Numbered from the stretch's first letter, positions 49,687 through 61,614 are shown. The stretch: 64,000 nucleotides of DNA from Bythopirellula sp. (GCA_965216565.1 OZ244170.1:3616001-3680000), one strand, 5' to 3'. Numbers and translations are program-made. The notes: generated by a model from the letters alone, not told the origin.

Positions 49687-49892
49687 CGTTGGTCAGAGCA
49701 CTGCCTCGCAGTGCCGACAAATCGAATCCCCCTGCGTCAGTGTCCCACGTCGTGATGCTGACACAAGTTGCGATCCTTTCGACAAATTGTCGCGGGATAA
49801 TTTCCAATGGAAGATCCCACGCTCCCCATGTTCGGTGGGAAGGCTTTTTTTGTGGTACCATATCTAATGGGGGCAAAGGGCGGAGGGATAAT

Positions 49893-50981
49893 TTGGGTCG
49901 GCCGTTCTATTTCATTTTGCTGGTAGCCATTCTGCAGGTTTGGTTATGGGCCCCTTGCCCGATGGCATTCTGCCAAGCACCAACGCCGCCCGAGGTGTTG
50001 CCCTCAGACCAAAATTCGCGGGAACACCGGGGCCTTGCCATTCTTCGAATTTCCGAGCAACTATTAGACCGTCTGCTCGCCAAGGACATCGATAAGCATT
50101 CAGAGGTCGATCGCTGTGTGTTGGGCACACGGGCCTTAGGAACAGCACACACTGCGGGGCAAGCTGACGTTGATCCCAAACCGAACAAGGACGATGCCTC
50201 TTTCCAAATAACCGTCACTGGTGAAAGCCGATCGAAGACGGTAGGTCGCAACGGACCGGCAATTATTCACAGCCGTTCGGTCACAAAGTGGGAAGTGAAA
50301 AAGAATGTGCACTTCGACGAAGGAAAGTTCTATACCCAACCGGGAACCATCGAAAGCAAAACGAAACTAATTCCCACAGGCATTGATGCAACCGTGCCAG
50401 GACTCCGTCGCCGACTTGTGAAAAGAATTGCTAAAAAGCGTTTGCAAGAACAACGCTGCCAGGCGGAGCGGATCACGGAAGGGAAAACCCGGGAACGAGT
50501 GCTCCATCAAGTCGACAAGGCGATTGATGAGCGGATTGATCGATTGAATGCACGAATCCAGTCCCGACCAATTCTCAATAGAATATTGCCGATGCTCGAT
50601 TCGCGGGCCGTTGATGTGTACACCAGCGAAAATTGCATCCATCTTGCATTCATGGGAAATAACGAAGCCACCGCCGTTATTTGCCCGCTAAATCGCTTAG
50701 AGCCCACCGAATCTGAACTGTGGATTCATGCCTCTTCTCTGGGGCTGCCGATTCTCGAACTTCCAAGCCTGATCGAGTTGCCGGGCGCCGCCGACAAATG
50801 GCTGAACGACAATTTATCGAAGCTCGATCTCCCAGCACCCATCGTTCCCGGACCCGATATTTCCGGTCTGGATGAATTAGCGCCGCTAAGCTTTCAGCTC
50901 GTCGACGGATGGGTTGTCATGCAGTCAAAACCCGCGGCACCAACGGCGAATAAGTCCGTTCTTTCTGACCGTCAGCAATAA
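49893..50981 (+). CDS. Secreted hypothetical protein
   Basis: TTG 49893 after GGAGG gives a signal-like N-terminus; the ORF track start 49641 overlaps the candidate sRNA. Confidence 0.7.
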   Translation: MGRPFYFILLVAILQVWLWAPCPMAFCQAPTPPEVLPSDQNSREHRGLAILRISEQLLDRLLAKDIDKHSEVDRCVLGTRALGTAHTAGQADVDPKPNKDDASFQITVTGESRSKTVGRNGPAIIHSRSVTKWEVKKNVHFDEGKFYTQPGTIESKTKLIPTGIDATVPGLRRRLVKRIAKKRLQEQRCQAERITEGKTRERVLHQVDKAIDERIDRLNARIQSRPILNRILPMLDSRAVDVYTSENCIHLAFMGNNEATAVICPLNRLEPTESELWIHASSLGLPILELPSLIELPGAADKWLNDNLSKLDLPAPIVPGPDISGLDELAPLSFQLVDGWVVMQSKPAAPTANKSVLSDRQQ

Positions 50982-51063
50982 GAACGCAGCATGGCGAGCC
51001 GCCAAGCCACATGACCTGCGATCCCTTACGAATTTCCCAAGTTCTTACTCAAGAGCAAGCGTC

Positions 51064-51276
51064 TTACTTGCAACTTCGCATCGCAGAAAAACCGGCTTGG
51101 GTCAGCGAGTAGCCACCCTTGAACGTCTCCTTGATGAGCAGTTCCTTATCGCTCATTTGTTCGAGAGTCTTGCCGTGTCGCTCTAAGTCTTGACCGGAGA
51201 AGCACAACATTTGGCCCGGGGTGATGCGGTACTCACGATAGGTTTGCAATACGCGTTGTTCAGATGTGGTTAACAT
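51064..51276 (-). CDS. Small hypothetical protein (winged-helix-like)
   Basis: 70 aa, MLTTSEQRVL..YR.Y...PGQMLCF...GGYSLTQAGF. Confidence 0.65.
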   Translation of the reverse strand: MLTTSEQRVLQTYREYRITPGQMLCFSGQDLERHGKTLEQMSDKELLIKETFKGGYSLTQAGFSAMRSCK

Positions 51277-51347
51277 GGCTCTCTTCGGTTAATAGTCAAA
51301 CTTTGACAAAGGAGGGTTACACTCTATTCGAGCAGGTCTGTCGCTGG

Positions 51348-52760
51348 TTATCCAGTGGTTGCGGGACGTCTTCGACGCCGTTTTCGCTTCGTAGCACTGG
51401 CATTTCCTTGGCCAGGCCGCTTTTTTCCTTTTCCGCCGCTGGGTCGAGCGGACTTTTCATTCGATTTGCCATAGGGACGCCGAGACGATTTTTTCGCTCC
51501 CCGCCGACCCGATCCGCCACGCCGTGCAGGGGTGACGGCATCCGTGGGTTCGAATCCATCGACTGTCGGTTCCACGTCGATCGAAAGCTTAGTCAGACGC
51601 TCAATTTGCTTGAGAAATCCCCGCTCGTCTCCCGCACAAAAGGAAACAGCAACGCCTTCCGCCCCGGCACGGGCCGTACGGCCAATGCGGTGAACATAGA
51701 CTTCTGGGGTTTCGGGCAAATCAAAATTCACCACGTGCGAAACATCGTTGATATCCAAACCCCGCGCGGCGATATCCGTAGCCACTAGCACCGGGGGACT
51801 CTTGCTCTTAAAGCGGGCCAACGCACGATTGCGGGCGCCCTGGCTCTTATTGCCATGAATTGCTACGGCCGTGTGTCCATCCTTGTTCAATCGCTTTACG
51901 ATTTTGTCCGCGCCATGTTTCGTGCGGCTAAAGACTAACGTCCGACTGCGGGGCGTTTTTTGCAGAAAGTGCGAAAGCAAATCGGGCTTCCGCTTCTTGT
52001 CTACCAAATGCACCGACTGGGCGATCCGTTCGGCTGGAGCCGCGGCTGGAGCCACTTGAATCGAAGCGGGATCCCGCAGCCATTGCTTGGTCAAACGACG
52101 AATTTCATCTGGCATGGTTGCAGAGAACATGAGCGTCTGTCGCTCGTCGGGGACTGTCGCGACAATCCGCTTGAGTGCCGGCAGAAATCCCATGTCGAGC
52201 ATCTGGTCCGCTTCATCGAAGACTAAGATTTCTAGCTTCGACAAATCGATGTAACCTTGACCCATCAAGTCGAGTAGTCGTCCCGGGGTAGCCACCAGCG
52301 CGTCGACGCCGTGCCGCAGTGCCTTCACTTGATGATGCTGCGAGACGCCACCGAACACGACTGTTTGCCTCAGGGGCGTGTTCTTTCCGTAACGCTCAAG
52401 GCTGCTTTCAATTTGGGCGGCCAACTCGCGCGTTGGCGCGAGCACCAGCGCTCGCAAAATCCGCGGCTTGGGCCGAGCACCGTGCTTCTTGTTCTTGTTG
52501 CGTTTACCCGATTCGCCTTGGTGGGAATTTTGCTCTAAATTTTTCTTGGGGCGTGGCGGCAGCGACTCCAGCAGCCGTTGCAGCATGGGGAGCGTGAACG
52601 CCGCCGTTTTGCCAGTGCCGGTTTGGGCACAGCCAATCAAATCGCGACCGGATAGGACAACCGGAATGGCTTCCGTCTGAATCGGCGTCGCGTTTTCGTA
52701 ACCTAGCGCAGTGGTAGCGCGGACAAAGGGCTCAGATAAACCGAGCTGGGAGAACTTCAT
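51348..52760 (-). CDS. rhlE: DEAD-box RNA helicase (RhlE-like)
   Basis: [33 protein letters not shown] and HRIGRTAR motifs; basic C-terminal tail. Confidence 0.93.
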   Translation of the reverse strand: MKFSQLGLSEPFVRATTALGYENATPIQTEAIPVVLSGRDLIGCAQTGTGKTAAFTLPMLQRLLESLPPRPKKNLEQNSHQGESGKRNKNKKHGARPKPRILRALVLAPTRELAAQIESSLERYGKNTPLRQTVVFGGVSQHHQVKALRHGVDALVATPGRLLDLMGQGYIDLSKLEILVFDEADQMLDMGFLPALKRIVATVPDERQTLMFSATMPDEIRRLTKQWLRDPASIQVAPAAAPAERIAQSVHLVDKKRKPDLLSHFLQKTPRSRTLVFSRTKHGADKIVKRLNKDGHTAVAIHGNKSQGARNRALARFKSKSPPVLVATDIAARGLDINDVSHVVNFDLPETPEVYVHRIGRTARAGAEGVAVSFCAGDERGFLKQIERLTKLSIDVEPTVDGFEPTDAVTPARRGGSGRRGAKKSSRRPYGKSNEKSARPSGGKGKKRPGQGNASATKRKRRRRRPATTG

Positions 52761-53181
52761 TGCTTCGATATTCTTTCTACTGGTGCAGCAGACTGGTTGC
52801 GACGGGGAGTCGAACCTTAGGATTAGCCGTGCTGCGTACCCTTGGCCTATTTATTCCTTAGAGGAAAGGCGGGGTGGTTGCCTATCTATCGGCCAGCGTC
52901 TTCCCTTCACATCGAGGAAGAATCTGACGCCAAAACACCATGCATGCAAAGCACAATGGAAATGACGGTGGCCGCAAGGGGCAAGAGAATCAATCGCGAT
53001 CGAGAGTAGACGAACCTAGTTGCTTTGAGTGGAATTCACTGCGAAGTGAAAGTCGCTCTACCAGATGACCGCTAATATCGAATTTTGAATGAACTTCGCT
53101 GGCGACACCCTTTGGGTGATCTTGCCAAGAAGTCTTACACCTTTAATACGTCCAGATTATACCAGACCCCATCATGCCTGA

Positions 53182-54258
53182 CTAGGCGGCCCGGCGGTAG
53201 GTTTCGAGCGATAGTCCGGTGTCGGTGTGGGCCTCAAGCCGCTGTTCCACAGACTTTCTTGCTTGGGTATCGGACTCACTTACCCAAGCCGCAAGGTCTC
53301 TAGCGGTGCCATTAGCGGCCGCAGCGGAACTGCTGGCGGCATGGACCGAGCAGGACAGTTTGGAAACTTTTCGCCTGATTCGGAATGCTGCGACCACACA
53401 CCACAGCCAGCTAGCAGGCAAAAGGAATGCAAAATACTTCGCTACTTCGCTCACCGTGTTGACGGCCTGAACGGCGAACACGGTTGACCCAGCACTGAAT
53501 AGAGCCACCAACGGCATCGTCAACCACACAACACCCAGCGACGGACCCAGCAGTCCCGGATGTAGCAGCAACCAGTCGCCTGCCTCGCTATGATTGCGAT
53601 CGTCCATTGCTTCGCGCAGGGCCCGCAACAGACTCACCAGATAGAGATAGACGCAGCTCAAACCAACAATCGACCAAGCCACGCCCCCCGCCATCGGAAT
53701 CGTAAGGCCGGAACCGGGGATCGAAATTCGAGGTCTCGCCTCATTGGCTACATCGCGCAGTGTCGCTGCAGGACCAAGATCCAATCGTTCTACGTGCCAA
53801 CTCAGGAGCCTTATCTGTCGTTCGATGCTGGCGATCAGCGCAGCCGTCTCACGCGATGAAAGCCCAGGATGATTCGCCGCAGCAGCTTCTTCGGCAATGG
53901 CGAGAGCCGTGCTGCAAGCTTCAATATATTCTTCCGCAGAAGGCTGGTAGTGAATCGTACTTGGCGAGCTGAGGCTACTGTTTCTGCATCGACAGAGTTC
54001 GCTGCACTGATCATTGAATTCTTGAAGCAGTACAGCCTCGTCGGTGTTGAGCGGTGGGCCATCGATGCTCGCCAACGATGCCGGGAGGATTTTTCCGCCA
54101 TGCTGCGCGGCAGCCACAAGATGATTCCAGCTGATTTCCAAGTCGAGACAGTTGCGATGAATATCAACCGGCTCGATCGTCGCGACCCAGAGCAACACCA
54201 ACGCCCAAACGAGCAGCAAGTGCATCACACCACGCACACGTTGGATCAGTTTTTCCAT
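53182..54258 (-). CDS. Hypothetical membrane protein
   Basis: 358 aa with about four hydrophobic segments. Confidence 0.6.
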   Translation of the reverse strand: MEKLIQRVRGVMHLLLVWALVLLWVATIEPVDIHRNCLDLEISWNHLVAAAQHGGKILPASLASIDGPPLNTDEAVLLQEFNDQCSELCRCRNSSLSSPSTIHYQPSAEEYIEACSTALAIAEEAAAANHPGLSSRETAALIASIERQIRLLSWHVERLDLGPAATLRDVANEARPRISIPGSGLTIPMAGGVAWSIVGLSCVYLYLVSLLRALREAMDDRNHSEAGDWLLLHPGLLGPSLGVVWLTMPLVALFSAGSTVFAVQAVNTVSEVAKYFAFLLPASWLWCVVAAFRIRRKVSKLSCSVHAASSSAAAANGTARDLAAWVSESDTQARKSVEQRLEAHTDTGLSLETYRRAA

Positions 54259-54558
54259 CGTCTAAATCGCTGGGTGAAATTACAGGCGTCGAGAAACTTT
54301 CTATTCCCAAATCCCACTCCGAGAAATGGTGGGGAATGATAGCAAGACGCCCCTAACCCAACAAGCCGAGACATACACCAGCCTATGAACTTCGTAACCT
54401 CAGTAAGATGAACGAGTTCGGTTGATGAGTGGTCGATACTTGGCCTCACAGTAGCAGCCCCACAATGAAGAGAAAAGAATTGAGATACGCTCCCCATAAA
54501 ACTAGGATAGTTGGTCTAAGATACGCCAACTCCATTTCCAACTAAAAGCGAGCCGCTC

Positions 54559-55236
54559 ATGCAGTGTAACTCTCTGCGTTCTATTCATTGTCTTAGTCTC
54601 GTTTTGTCTGCCGCAATCTGTATTGCGGGTTCTGCATCCCGTGCCGAGGTGATCAATATTGAAATCGATCCCCGCGATCCTCCCGATCCGGTTTACGTGG
54701 GCGACGATGGAGTACTCAGCACCACGGGTGGAACTGTTTGGAATCACCTGGGACTCGACTTTCTTAACGATGTGTCGAAAGATAATCTGCTCGATGAGTT
54801 TGGTCAGCCAACCGACGTCGACGTGACATTCGACGCCACTGGTAGTTTCGACGCCAACTTTCGTCCGATCGAACTCTACGCGGGTGGTGGCACAGGCATC
54901 TTAGAAATTAAGAGCCTGGATCCCACGCTTACTTACGATCTGGCCGTATACACTACCAACGCGAATCTCTCGATGACGGCCACCGATGCCAATGGCAGTA
55001 CTGTCCAAAGCACCGGTGCCACTTTCGATATCGAATTGCCCGGCGACCAAGGCGAGGAGTATGTGCTGTTCACGGGCTTAGTGCCGTTCGATCTCGGCGG
55101 GAGTATTCTCGGCTTGAGAATCGAAACCGGCGGTGGCGGCCGCATGGCAGGACTGCAGTTGAGGTCAATCCCCGAGCCGGGTGGAGCGACACTACTGATG
55201 GTAGCAATTCTTGCTCTGCAGAGACGGCCGAGCTAG
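54559..55236 (+). CDS. PEP-CTERM secreted protein
   Basis: Signal peptide; C-terminal IPEP + TM + RR. Confidence 0.85.
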   Translation: MQCNSLRSIHCLSLVLSAAICIAGSASRAEVINIEIDPRDPPDPVYVGDDGVLSTTGGTVWNHLGLDFLNDVSKDNLLDEFGQPTDVDVTFDATGSFDANFRPIELYAGGGTGILEIKSLDPTLTYDLAVYTTNANLSMTATDANGSTVQSTGATFDIELPGDQGEEYVLFTGLVPFDLGGSILGLRIETGGGGRMAGLQLRSIPEPGGATLLMVAILALQRRPS

Positions 55237-57095
55237 TCCGCAGCACCCGACCGCAGCACTTCCCGCTGTTTTACCAAGCGGCGAATGTTGTCCATGTCGT
55301 CGTTGGGCGTCGCGTCAATCAACCTCCGCGTGTAATCCTGGCGGGGGTCTGCGTAGATGGCCTGCGACGGGCCAAACTCCACGATCTTGCCCGAGTTCAT
55401 CACGGCCATCATGTCGGCCATAAATTTTACGACGCTCAGGTCGTGACTGATAAAGATATAGGTGAGCCCTCGCTTGTCTTGCAAGTCTTTCAGCAAATTC
55501 AGGACCTGGGCCTGCACCGAGACATCAAGCGCCGAAACCGATTCGTCGCAGATGATAAACTCCGGCTCGACGGCAATCGCTCGGGCAATGCAAATACGCT
55601 GGCGCTGTCCACCGGAAAATTCATGCGGATAGCGGCGCAAGTGGCTGGCGCTCATACCGACTTCTTCCAAGAGTGCTGCCGCCCGGTCTCGGCGGTCGCG
55701 CCGGGAGCTGCCTACGCCTTGAATAATCATCGGCTCGGTGACGGCCGACTCGATCGTCATCCGCGGATTGAGCGATCCGTAAGGATCCTGAAAAATGATT
55801 TGCATGCGGCTACGGATTTCACGAAGCTCGCTCGTTCCCAACTCGGCCAAGTCAATTGAATCGAACAAGACGTTCCCGCCCGTCGGTTCGATCAATCGCA
55901 GGATTGCCCGCCCGGCAGTGGTCTTGCCGCAACCCGATTCTCCCACCAGTCCCAATGTTTGCCCCCGATAAACACGGAAGCTAATGCCGTCGACCGCCCT
56001 CACATGATCGACCACACGGGAAAGCATGCCTCGCTTGACGGGAAAATGAACCTCCAGGTCTCTTACTTCCAGTAGCGGTGCTGTGCCTTCCTCGACACAC
56101 TCCGTATCGTCTTCCCGCGGCGTCTGCTCCCAGGGGTGCTCCATCGCGGTAAGTTCCGACTTGGGATGCAACAACCGGCCGCGACCATGCGTGACCAGAT
56201 GATTCATCCTCTCGGCGTCCATCTTTTTCTCGACGATTGTCGGTTTGCCATCGACTTGTTTCACTTCCATAAAGTCGTCGACCGTTGGCAAATGACGGAA
56301 CTTGCTGTCGAGCCGTGGCCGGCAGGCGAGCAATCCTTTGGTGTAAGGATGCTGAGGCGACTCGAAGATGTCTAGCACCTTTCCGTACTCGACCATTTCA
56401 CCGCGATACATAACCATCACTTCGTCGGCAATCTCGGCGATTACTCCCAGATCGTGCGTGATGAACAGAATCGCCATGCCGCGCTCGTCCCGAAGTGTGC
56501 GGAGCATGTCGAGGATTTGCTTTTGAATGGTAACGTCGAGCGCGGTGGTCGGTTCGTCGGCAATCAGCAGCTTCGGATTGCACGACAGCGCCATCGCAAT
56601 CATCACCCGCTGCTTTTGACCACCCGACATTTGATGAGGGTAGGAATCAACTCGCTGTTCTGGATCGGGAATTCCAACCTCGCGAAACAAATCGATCGTC
56701 CGTTCTCGTGCTTCCTCTTTCGATACATGCTGATGGATAATAATCGATTCCATCACCTGACTGCCGACGGTGTACACCGGGTTGAGCGACGTCATCGGCT
56801 CTTGGAAAATCATGCTGACATCTTTACCCCGAATGTCGCGCATCTCGGGTTCGGGCAGGCCAACCAGGTCTTTACCCAACAGCGCGATCCGGCCCGATTC
56901 GATCTTGGCCGAGGAGGTCAATAGTTGCATGACCGAAAGCGAAGTGACCGATTTGCCAGAACCACTCTCACCAACAATGCCCAGCGTGTGTCCTTGATCG
57001 ATACTGAGCGAAATCCCATCGACCGCTTTGACGACCCCATCTTCGGTATGGAAGTAGGTGCGGAGATCGGCGATGTCTAGTACAGCTGTGGTCAT
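55233..57095 (-). CDS. Peptide/nickel ABC transporter ATP-binding protein (two fused ATPase domains)
   Basis: GESGSGKS and GESGCGKT Walker A motifs, two SGGQ signatures, IFQEP/IFQDP and HPYT. Confidence 0.95.
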   Translation of the reverse strand: MTTAVLDIADLRTYFHTEDGVVKAVDGISLSIDQGHTLGIVGESGSGKSVTSLSVMQLLTSSAKIESGRIALLGKDLVGLPEPEMRDIRGKDVSMIFQEPMTSLNPVYTVGSQVMESIIIHQHVSKEEARERTIDLFREVGIPDPEQRVDSYPHQMSGGQKQRVMIAMALSCNPKLLIADEPTTALDVTIQKQILDMLRTLRDERGMAILFITHDLGVIAEIADEVMVMYRGEMVEYGKVLDIFESPQHPYTKGLLACRPRLDSKFRHLPTVDDFMEVKQVDGKPTIVEKKMDAERMNHLVTHGRGRLLHPKSELTAMEHPWEQTPREDDTECVEEGTAPLLEVRDLEVHFPVKRGMLSRVVDHVRAVDGISFRVYRGQTLGLVGESGCGKTTAGRAILRLIEPTGGNVLFDSIDLAELGTSELREIRSRMQIIFQDPYGSLNPRMTIESAVTEPMIIQGVGSSRRDRRDRAAALLEEVGMSASHLRRYPHEFSGGQRQRICIARAIAVEPEFIICDESVSALDVSVQAQVLNLLKDLQDKRGLTYIFISHDLSVVKFMADMMAVMNSGKIVEFGPSQAIYADPRQDYTRRLIDATPNDDMDNIRRLVKQREVLRSGAAD

Positions 57096-57113
57096 GATTC
57101 TTGGTTTGTTTTG

Positions 57114-57569
57114 ATAGCCACAAAAAGCACGAAAAGTTAGTGCGGCGTCATGAGGTATTTTTTGACGTAAAGCTTTTCGCTTCCAAAGTTGATCAACAGG
57201 CCTGTTTCTATTCGCGATGATCTCAAATAGCCCAATAGTTGGGCAACATGTTCGTCTGCAGTTGCCCTACAGGCCTTTAGTTCTACAATCAATTGGCCTT
57301 CAATGAATAGATCGGCAAAGTATTCTCCCAATACCGTTCCGTCTTCATCTATTACGTTGAGGGGATGTTGCTGTAGCACTTGCAACCCTTGTTTCCGTAA
57401 TCGATGTACCAAGGCATTCTCATAAACCTTTTCTAAGTGCCCGCAACGGTGGTATTTGTGGATGTCGAAACTTGTTTGTCGAACGATGTCGCATAATTCG
57501 TTGATCGAATCCCACGCTGCCTTCATGTTCAATTGCCTTCTCGTGACTTTTCGTGTTTTTTGTGGCTAT
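57114..57569. mobile_element. Putative IR-bounded GxxExxY cassette (456 bp)
   Basis: 24-bp inverted repeats (23/24) at 57114-57137 and 57546-57569 enclose exactly one gene. Confidence 0.55.
57137..57532 (-). CDS. GxxExxY protein (PD-(D/E)XK-like nuclease family)
   Basis: GHLEKVYENAL, YFADLFIE..LIVELKA, AQLLGYL and GLLINFG motifs. Confidence 0.95.
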   Translation of the reverse strand: MNMKAAWDSINELCDIVRQTSFDIHKYHRCGHLEKVYENALVHRLRKQGLQVLQQHPLNVIDEDGTVLGEYFADLFIEGQLIVELKACRATADEHVAQLLGYLRSSRIETGLLINFGSEKLYVKKYLMTPH

Positions 57570-57761
57570 TCTTGGCTTTGCAATCGTAGTGCAGTTCGCC
57601 TTTGAGGGTCAAACGAAGTGGTTTCCCGGATAATCCCTGATAGCACCGGGGACCTCTGTTGCCCGTGATAGCAGTTCCCAGTTAGATTCTAGGCTTCGAG
57701 GCTACCCGCCACTTGGCTGGGCTGGCCTACACCCTAAGACGGATCTCAAGGAACTTACGAT

Positions 57762-60700
57762 ATGAAGGCGTTCTCCGGCACCGCATGGTTGCTTTTCTCT
57801 TTGATTCTCTCGACGCTGCTCTGCCCTGCCCTATTGGCCGCTGACCCCATCGATAAAAAACTACAAGAGGAACGCAAGAGTTCTCCGCAGTGGATTTGGT
57901 CGGCAGCACACAAAAAGAACAAGGTGCCCGAGGGTACTTGCTACTTTCGAAAATCGCTGAAATTAAGAGTCCCCGAAGAAGGTGAAATCCATATCACGGC
58001 CGATAACCAATTTCAACTCTACGTAAACGGCCAACCGGTAGGCACGGGTTCCGATTGGCGGCAGATCGAAGTCTTCGACATCACCAAGTATTTGCAAAAA
58101 GGCAACAATACAATCGCCGTCGAAGCCACCAATTCCGATGCCGGGTCGGCAGGCATGGCAGCGCGGGTGCTGATCAAGGAGTTGGGCGGAACCTTTCAGA
58201 GTTACTCCACCGATACCAGTTGGAAGACCAGCGTGCGCCGCTATCGAAATTGGACCACTCCCGGGTTCCCGGAAAGCGAATGGGTTGCCGCGGCCAGTTT
58301 TGGCTCCTTGGGTGCTGCCTTGCCCTGGGGCAACGAAATGGTGGTGGCCGGTGAGGGATCTCGCTTCGAGATCCCAGTCGATTTCAACGTCGAGCGACTG
58401 CTGCAAGACGAAGAAGTCGGTTCGCTGATTGCCATGGCGTTCGACTCCGCGGGAAACATTCTTGCATCGCGTGAGGGAGGTCACCTTCAGCTGATTTCCG
58501 ACAGTAACAAGGACGGAACGTTCGACTCTGTTCAGGTGTTTTGTGATCAAATCAAGAACACGCAGGGCATTCTCTCACTGGGGTCGCGCGTGTTTGCCGT
58601 GGGACACGGGCCAGAAGGGGTTGCGCTCTACCAGCTTCGTGACGGCGATCGCGATGGCGTGGCCGAAGAGATCACTAGTATTGTTCCTATTCGCGGTTCG
58701 CGCGGCGAGCACGGAGCCCATGCCGTTCGTTTGGGCCCCGATGGATTGCTTTATGTGTTGCTTGGCAACTATGCCCGCGTCGGCCTACAGCCAGGTCCGC
58801 GTAGCCCTTACCGCAATTGGTACGAAGGACATCTGATCGATCCGAAAGAGGAGGATCCCCGCGGACACGCCGTCGGCATTCCCGCACCGGGCGGAACAAT
58901 TTTTCGTACCGACACTAGAGGAAGCTTTGTCGAGTTGGTGGCCGGCGGTTTCCGTAATCCCTATGACTTCGCATTCAATGCCGAAGGGGAATTGTTCACC
59001 TACGATGCCGACATGGAATGGGACATCGGCGCACCGTGGTATCGCCCCACGCGAATCAACCATGCCACCGCCGGAGCCGAATTTGGTTGGCGGAGTGGTT
59101 GGGCTAAGTGGCCTGAGTATTTTCAGGACAATCTCCCAGCAACTTTCAACGTTGGTAAAGGTTCACCCACCGGCATCGAGTTCTACGGCCACACGGCATA
59201 TCCCGAAAGGTATCGAAATTCACTCTTCGGCTGCGATTGGGCGACCGGGAAGATCCATTGCTTTCACCTTCAACCCAAGGGGGCCAGTTATGAGATCGAG
59301 CAAGAAGTATTTGTGGCGGGACGACCACTCAACGCTACCGACATCTCGGTCGGCCCCGATGGTTCGCTGTACTTCTGCACGGGTGGCCGAGGTACCGAAG
59401 GCGGAATTTTCCGCGTGAGCTACCAGGGAGAAGAAAGCACACCATCGCCCGACGATCTCAATCCCGTCGAGCGCGTGTTGAGCCAGCCTCAAATGGACGC
59501 CGATTGGTCGCGATCGATCATGGCGCGCACCCGAGGAGCTGTCGGTGCCGAATGGGGCGTACTATTAGCCGAGGCGGCCCGCGACACGGAGCGCGATGCA
59601 GCGGAGCGACTGCGAGCGATTGAACTAATGGTATTGTTTGGCCCGCGTCCGAGTGACGAGTTGCTCCTTGCCTTGGCCGAGGACGAGGACCTTCAGGTCC
59701 GGGCCCAAGCCACACGGCTGATGTACACCAGCACGTCGCTCCAATGCCGCGACCAGTTGATTCGATCGCTGGAAGACGAGCACGCCCTGGTTCGCCGCCT
59801 GGCTTGCGAAGCTCTTACGCGGAGCGGCCTACCTACCGCAGCCGAAAAGCATGTGCGGATGCTGGCCGACGAAGACCGCCACGTGGCATTTGCCGCGCGA
59901 CGTTCGCTGGAACAATTGCCGGTCGATTTGTGGGAAGATCTGGTGCTCGCCTTAGGTGAAGGCGACAGTAATAAAAACATCATCGGTTTTTGTCGCGGAG
60001 CGAACGCGTTGCTTGCTACGCGGCGAGATCAGAAGACGGGTGAAGTGATCTTGCAAAAATGTAAAGAACATTTAACCGACAAGGAATCGCCCTACACCGA
60101 AGAGCAGCTGACAAGCTTGCTACGCACCACCCAACTGGCCTTTATTCTCGGTAAGCTCGACAAAGGAAACTCCCCCGACTTGGGAGAAATGTTGCTGGCT
60201 CGCTATCCGAGCAAGAATCGTCCGGTCGATCGAGAGCTGGTCAAGCTGCTCGTGTTTTTGGACGTGGAGGGCGCGGCCCAAAAGTTTGCAGCACAAATGG
60301 AATCCGACATTCCTCGCGTCGAAAAAATCCATATCGCCGCGTTCGGCGCAAAATTAGAATCTGGCTGGGACACCGATTCGAAACTCGCTTTGATGCATTT
60401 TTACGAGTCGGCCAGGAATTTGTCTGCTGGATATAGTGTGAGCGCCTACGTAGAGAATTTTGCTCGAGACTTCTTTAGCAAATTATCTCTCGAAGAACGC
60501 GGTCACATTCTATCGGCTGGAGAACGATGGCCGACGTCTGCATTGTCTGTACTTGCTAGATTGCCTGAGGAAGTCGATACCGAGATGCTAACTAAGCTTC
60601 GCGAGCTTGACGCCCGTGTTCGGCCTTTGTGTGAGCAGCATGACAACTTCCGGCGGCTCAGGGTGGGCATTCTGGCTGTGTTGGGTCGCAGCGGAGAGGC

Positions 60701-61604
60701 AGATTCGCTGGCCTACCTACGCGAGATTTTCCGCAATGAGCCCGAGCAGCGCGACACCATCGCGATGAGTCTCACGCAGCATCCCGGTGACGAATCGTGG
60801 CCTTACCTCATCGAATCTTTGAAAACTGTCCGCGGAACTGTCGCTCGCGAAGTTCTTGCAGCCCTGGTAAAAGTTCCTCAACGACCCAGCGAACCGGAAC
60901 CCTACAGGCAGGTGATCTTACTTGGACTTCAGATGAACGCCCAGGATGCCTCGCTGGCGACTAACGTTTTGAATCATTGGTCGGGACAATCAACACAATC
61001 TGGCGAGGTCTCTCACACCGAGCAACTCAAGACTTGGCAGAAGTGGTACGCAACAACGTTCCCCGACGCCCCGCCTGCTGAGCAGCCCCTCGATACGGGC
61101 AAAGACAAATGGAGCTACGAAGAACTGTTAACCTATCTAGATAGCGACGCGGCACGCTTGGCAAGCGCCGAGCGCGGCAAGCAAGCTTTCACCACAGCCC
61201 AGTGCATCAAGTGTCATCGCTGCGGGGCGACCGGAGAATCGATCGGTCCCGACCTCACGACCGTTGCGCAACGTTTTCAAAAGAAAGAGATCCTAGAGTC
61301 GATCGTCTATCCGTCGCACATCATTTCCGATCAGTACGCCAGCAAACAAGTGTTGGCAAGCGGACGAACTTATGTTGGCCTGGCGGTTCCCACAAAGTCT
61401 GGCACCACGGTGTTGCTCCCTGATGGCGAAAAAGTTGAGCTTCTTGAGGAAGACATTGAGAGTATTACCCCCAGCCGAATCTCGGCCATGCCCGAGGGCT
61501 TGCTGAATCACTTGTCCCTTCAGCAGGTTGCCGATCTATTTGCCTTCTTGAGCGAACGCCGAGGGCAAGAATTGGCCACCGAGGCGGCACCCAGCATTCG
61601 TTGA
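57762..61604 (+). CDS. PVC-type heme-binding protein (beta-propeller + HEAT + cytochrome c)
   Basis: Signal peptide, N-terminal carbohydrate-binding-like module, GFRNPYD propeller motif, HEAT repeats, CIKCH, IGPDLT and SAMPEGL. Confidence 0.9.
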   Translation: MKAFSGTAWLLFSLILSTLLCPALLAADPIDKKLQEERKSSPQWIWSAAHKKNKVPEGTCYFRKSLKLRVPEEGEIHITADNQFQLYVNGQPVGTGSDWRQIEVFDITKYLQKGNNTIAVEATNSDAGSAGMAARVLIKELGGTFQSYSTDTSWKTSVRRYRNWTTPGFPESEWVAAASFGSLGAALPWGNEMVVAGEGSRFEIPVDFNVERLLQDEEVGSLIAMAFDSAGNILASREGGHLQLISDSNKDGTFDSVQVFCDQIKNTQGILSLGSRVFAVGHGPEGVALYQLRDGDRDGVAEEITSIVPIRGSRGEHGAHAVRLGPDGLLYVLLGNYARVGLQPGPRSPYRNWYEGHLIDPKEEDPRGHAVGIPAPGGTIFRTDTRGSFVELVAGGFRNPYDFAFNAEGELFTYDADMEWDIGAPWYRPTRINHATAGAEFGWRSGWAKWPEYFQDNLPATFNVGKGSPTGIEFYGHTAYPERYRNSLFGCDWATGKIHCFHLQPKGASYEIEQEVFVAGRPLNATDISVGPDGSLYFCTGGRGTEGGIFRVSYQGEESTPSPDDLNPVERVLSQPQMDADWSRSIMARTRGAVGAEWGVLLAEAARDTERDAAERLRAIELMVLFGPRPSDELLLALAEDEDLQVRAQATRLMYTSTSLQCRDQLIRSLEDEHALVRRLACEALTRSGLPTAAEKHVRMLADEDRHVAFAARRSLEQLPVDLWEDLVLALGEGDSNKNIIGFCRGANALLATRRDQKTGEVILQKCKEHLTDKESPYTEEQLTSLLRTTQLAFILGKLDKGNSPDLGEMLLARYPSKNRPVDRELVKLLVFLDVEGAAQKFAAQMESDIPRVEKIHIAAFGAKLESGWDTDSKLALMHFYESARNLSAGYSVSAYVENFARDFFSKLSLEERGHILSAGERWPTSALSVLARLPEEVDTEMLTKLRELDARVRPLCEQHDNFRRLRVGILAVLGRSGEADSLAYLREIFRNEPEQRDTIAMSLTQHPGDESWPYLIESLKTVRGTVAREVLAALVKVPQRPSEPEPYRQVILLGLQMNAQDASLATNVLNHWSGQSTQSGEVSHTEQLKTWQKWYATTFPDAPPAEQPLDTGKDKWSYEELLTYLDSDAARLASAERGKQAFTTAQCIKCHRCGATGESIGPDLTTVAQRFQKKEILESIVYPSHIISDQYASKQVLASGRTYVGLAVPTKSGTTVLLPDGEKVELLEEDIESITPSRISAMPEGLLNHLSLQQVADLFAFLSERRGQELATEAAPSIR

Positions 61605-61614
61605 GCGACGCCGA

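Noticed and set aside
49641..49892. N-terminal extension of the 446-aa ORF
   Set aside because: Overlaps a terminator hairpin; a better RBS, TTG start and signal peptide begin at 49893.
51547..51560. GGTTCGAATCC T-loop-like motif
   Set aside because: Lies inside the helicase CDS and has no tRNA cloverleaf.
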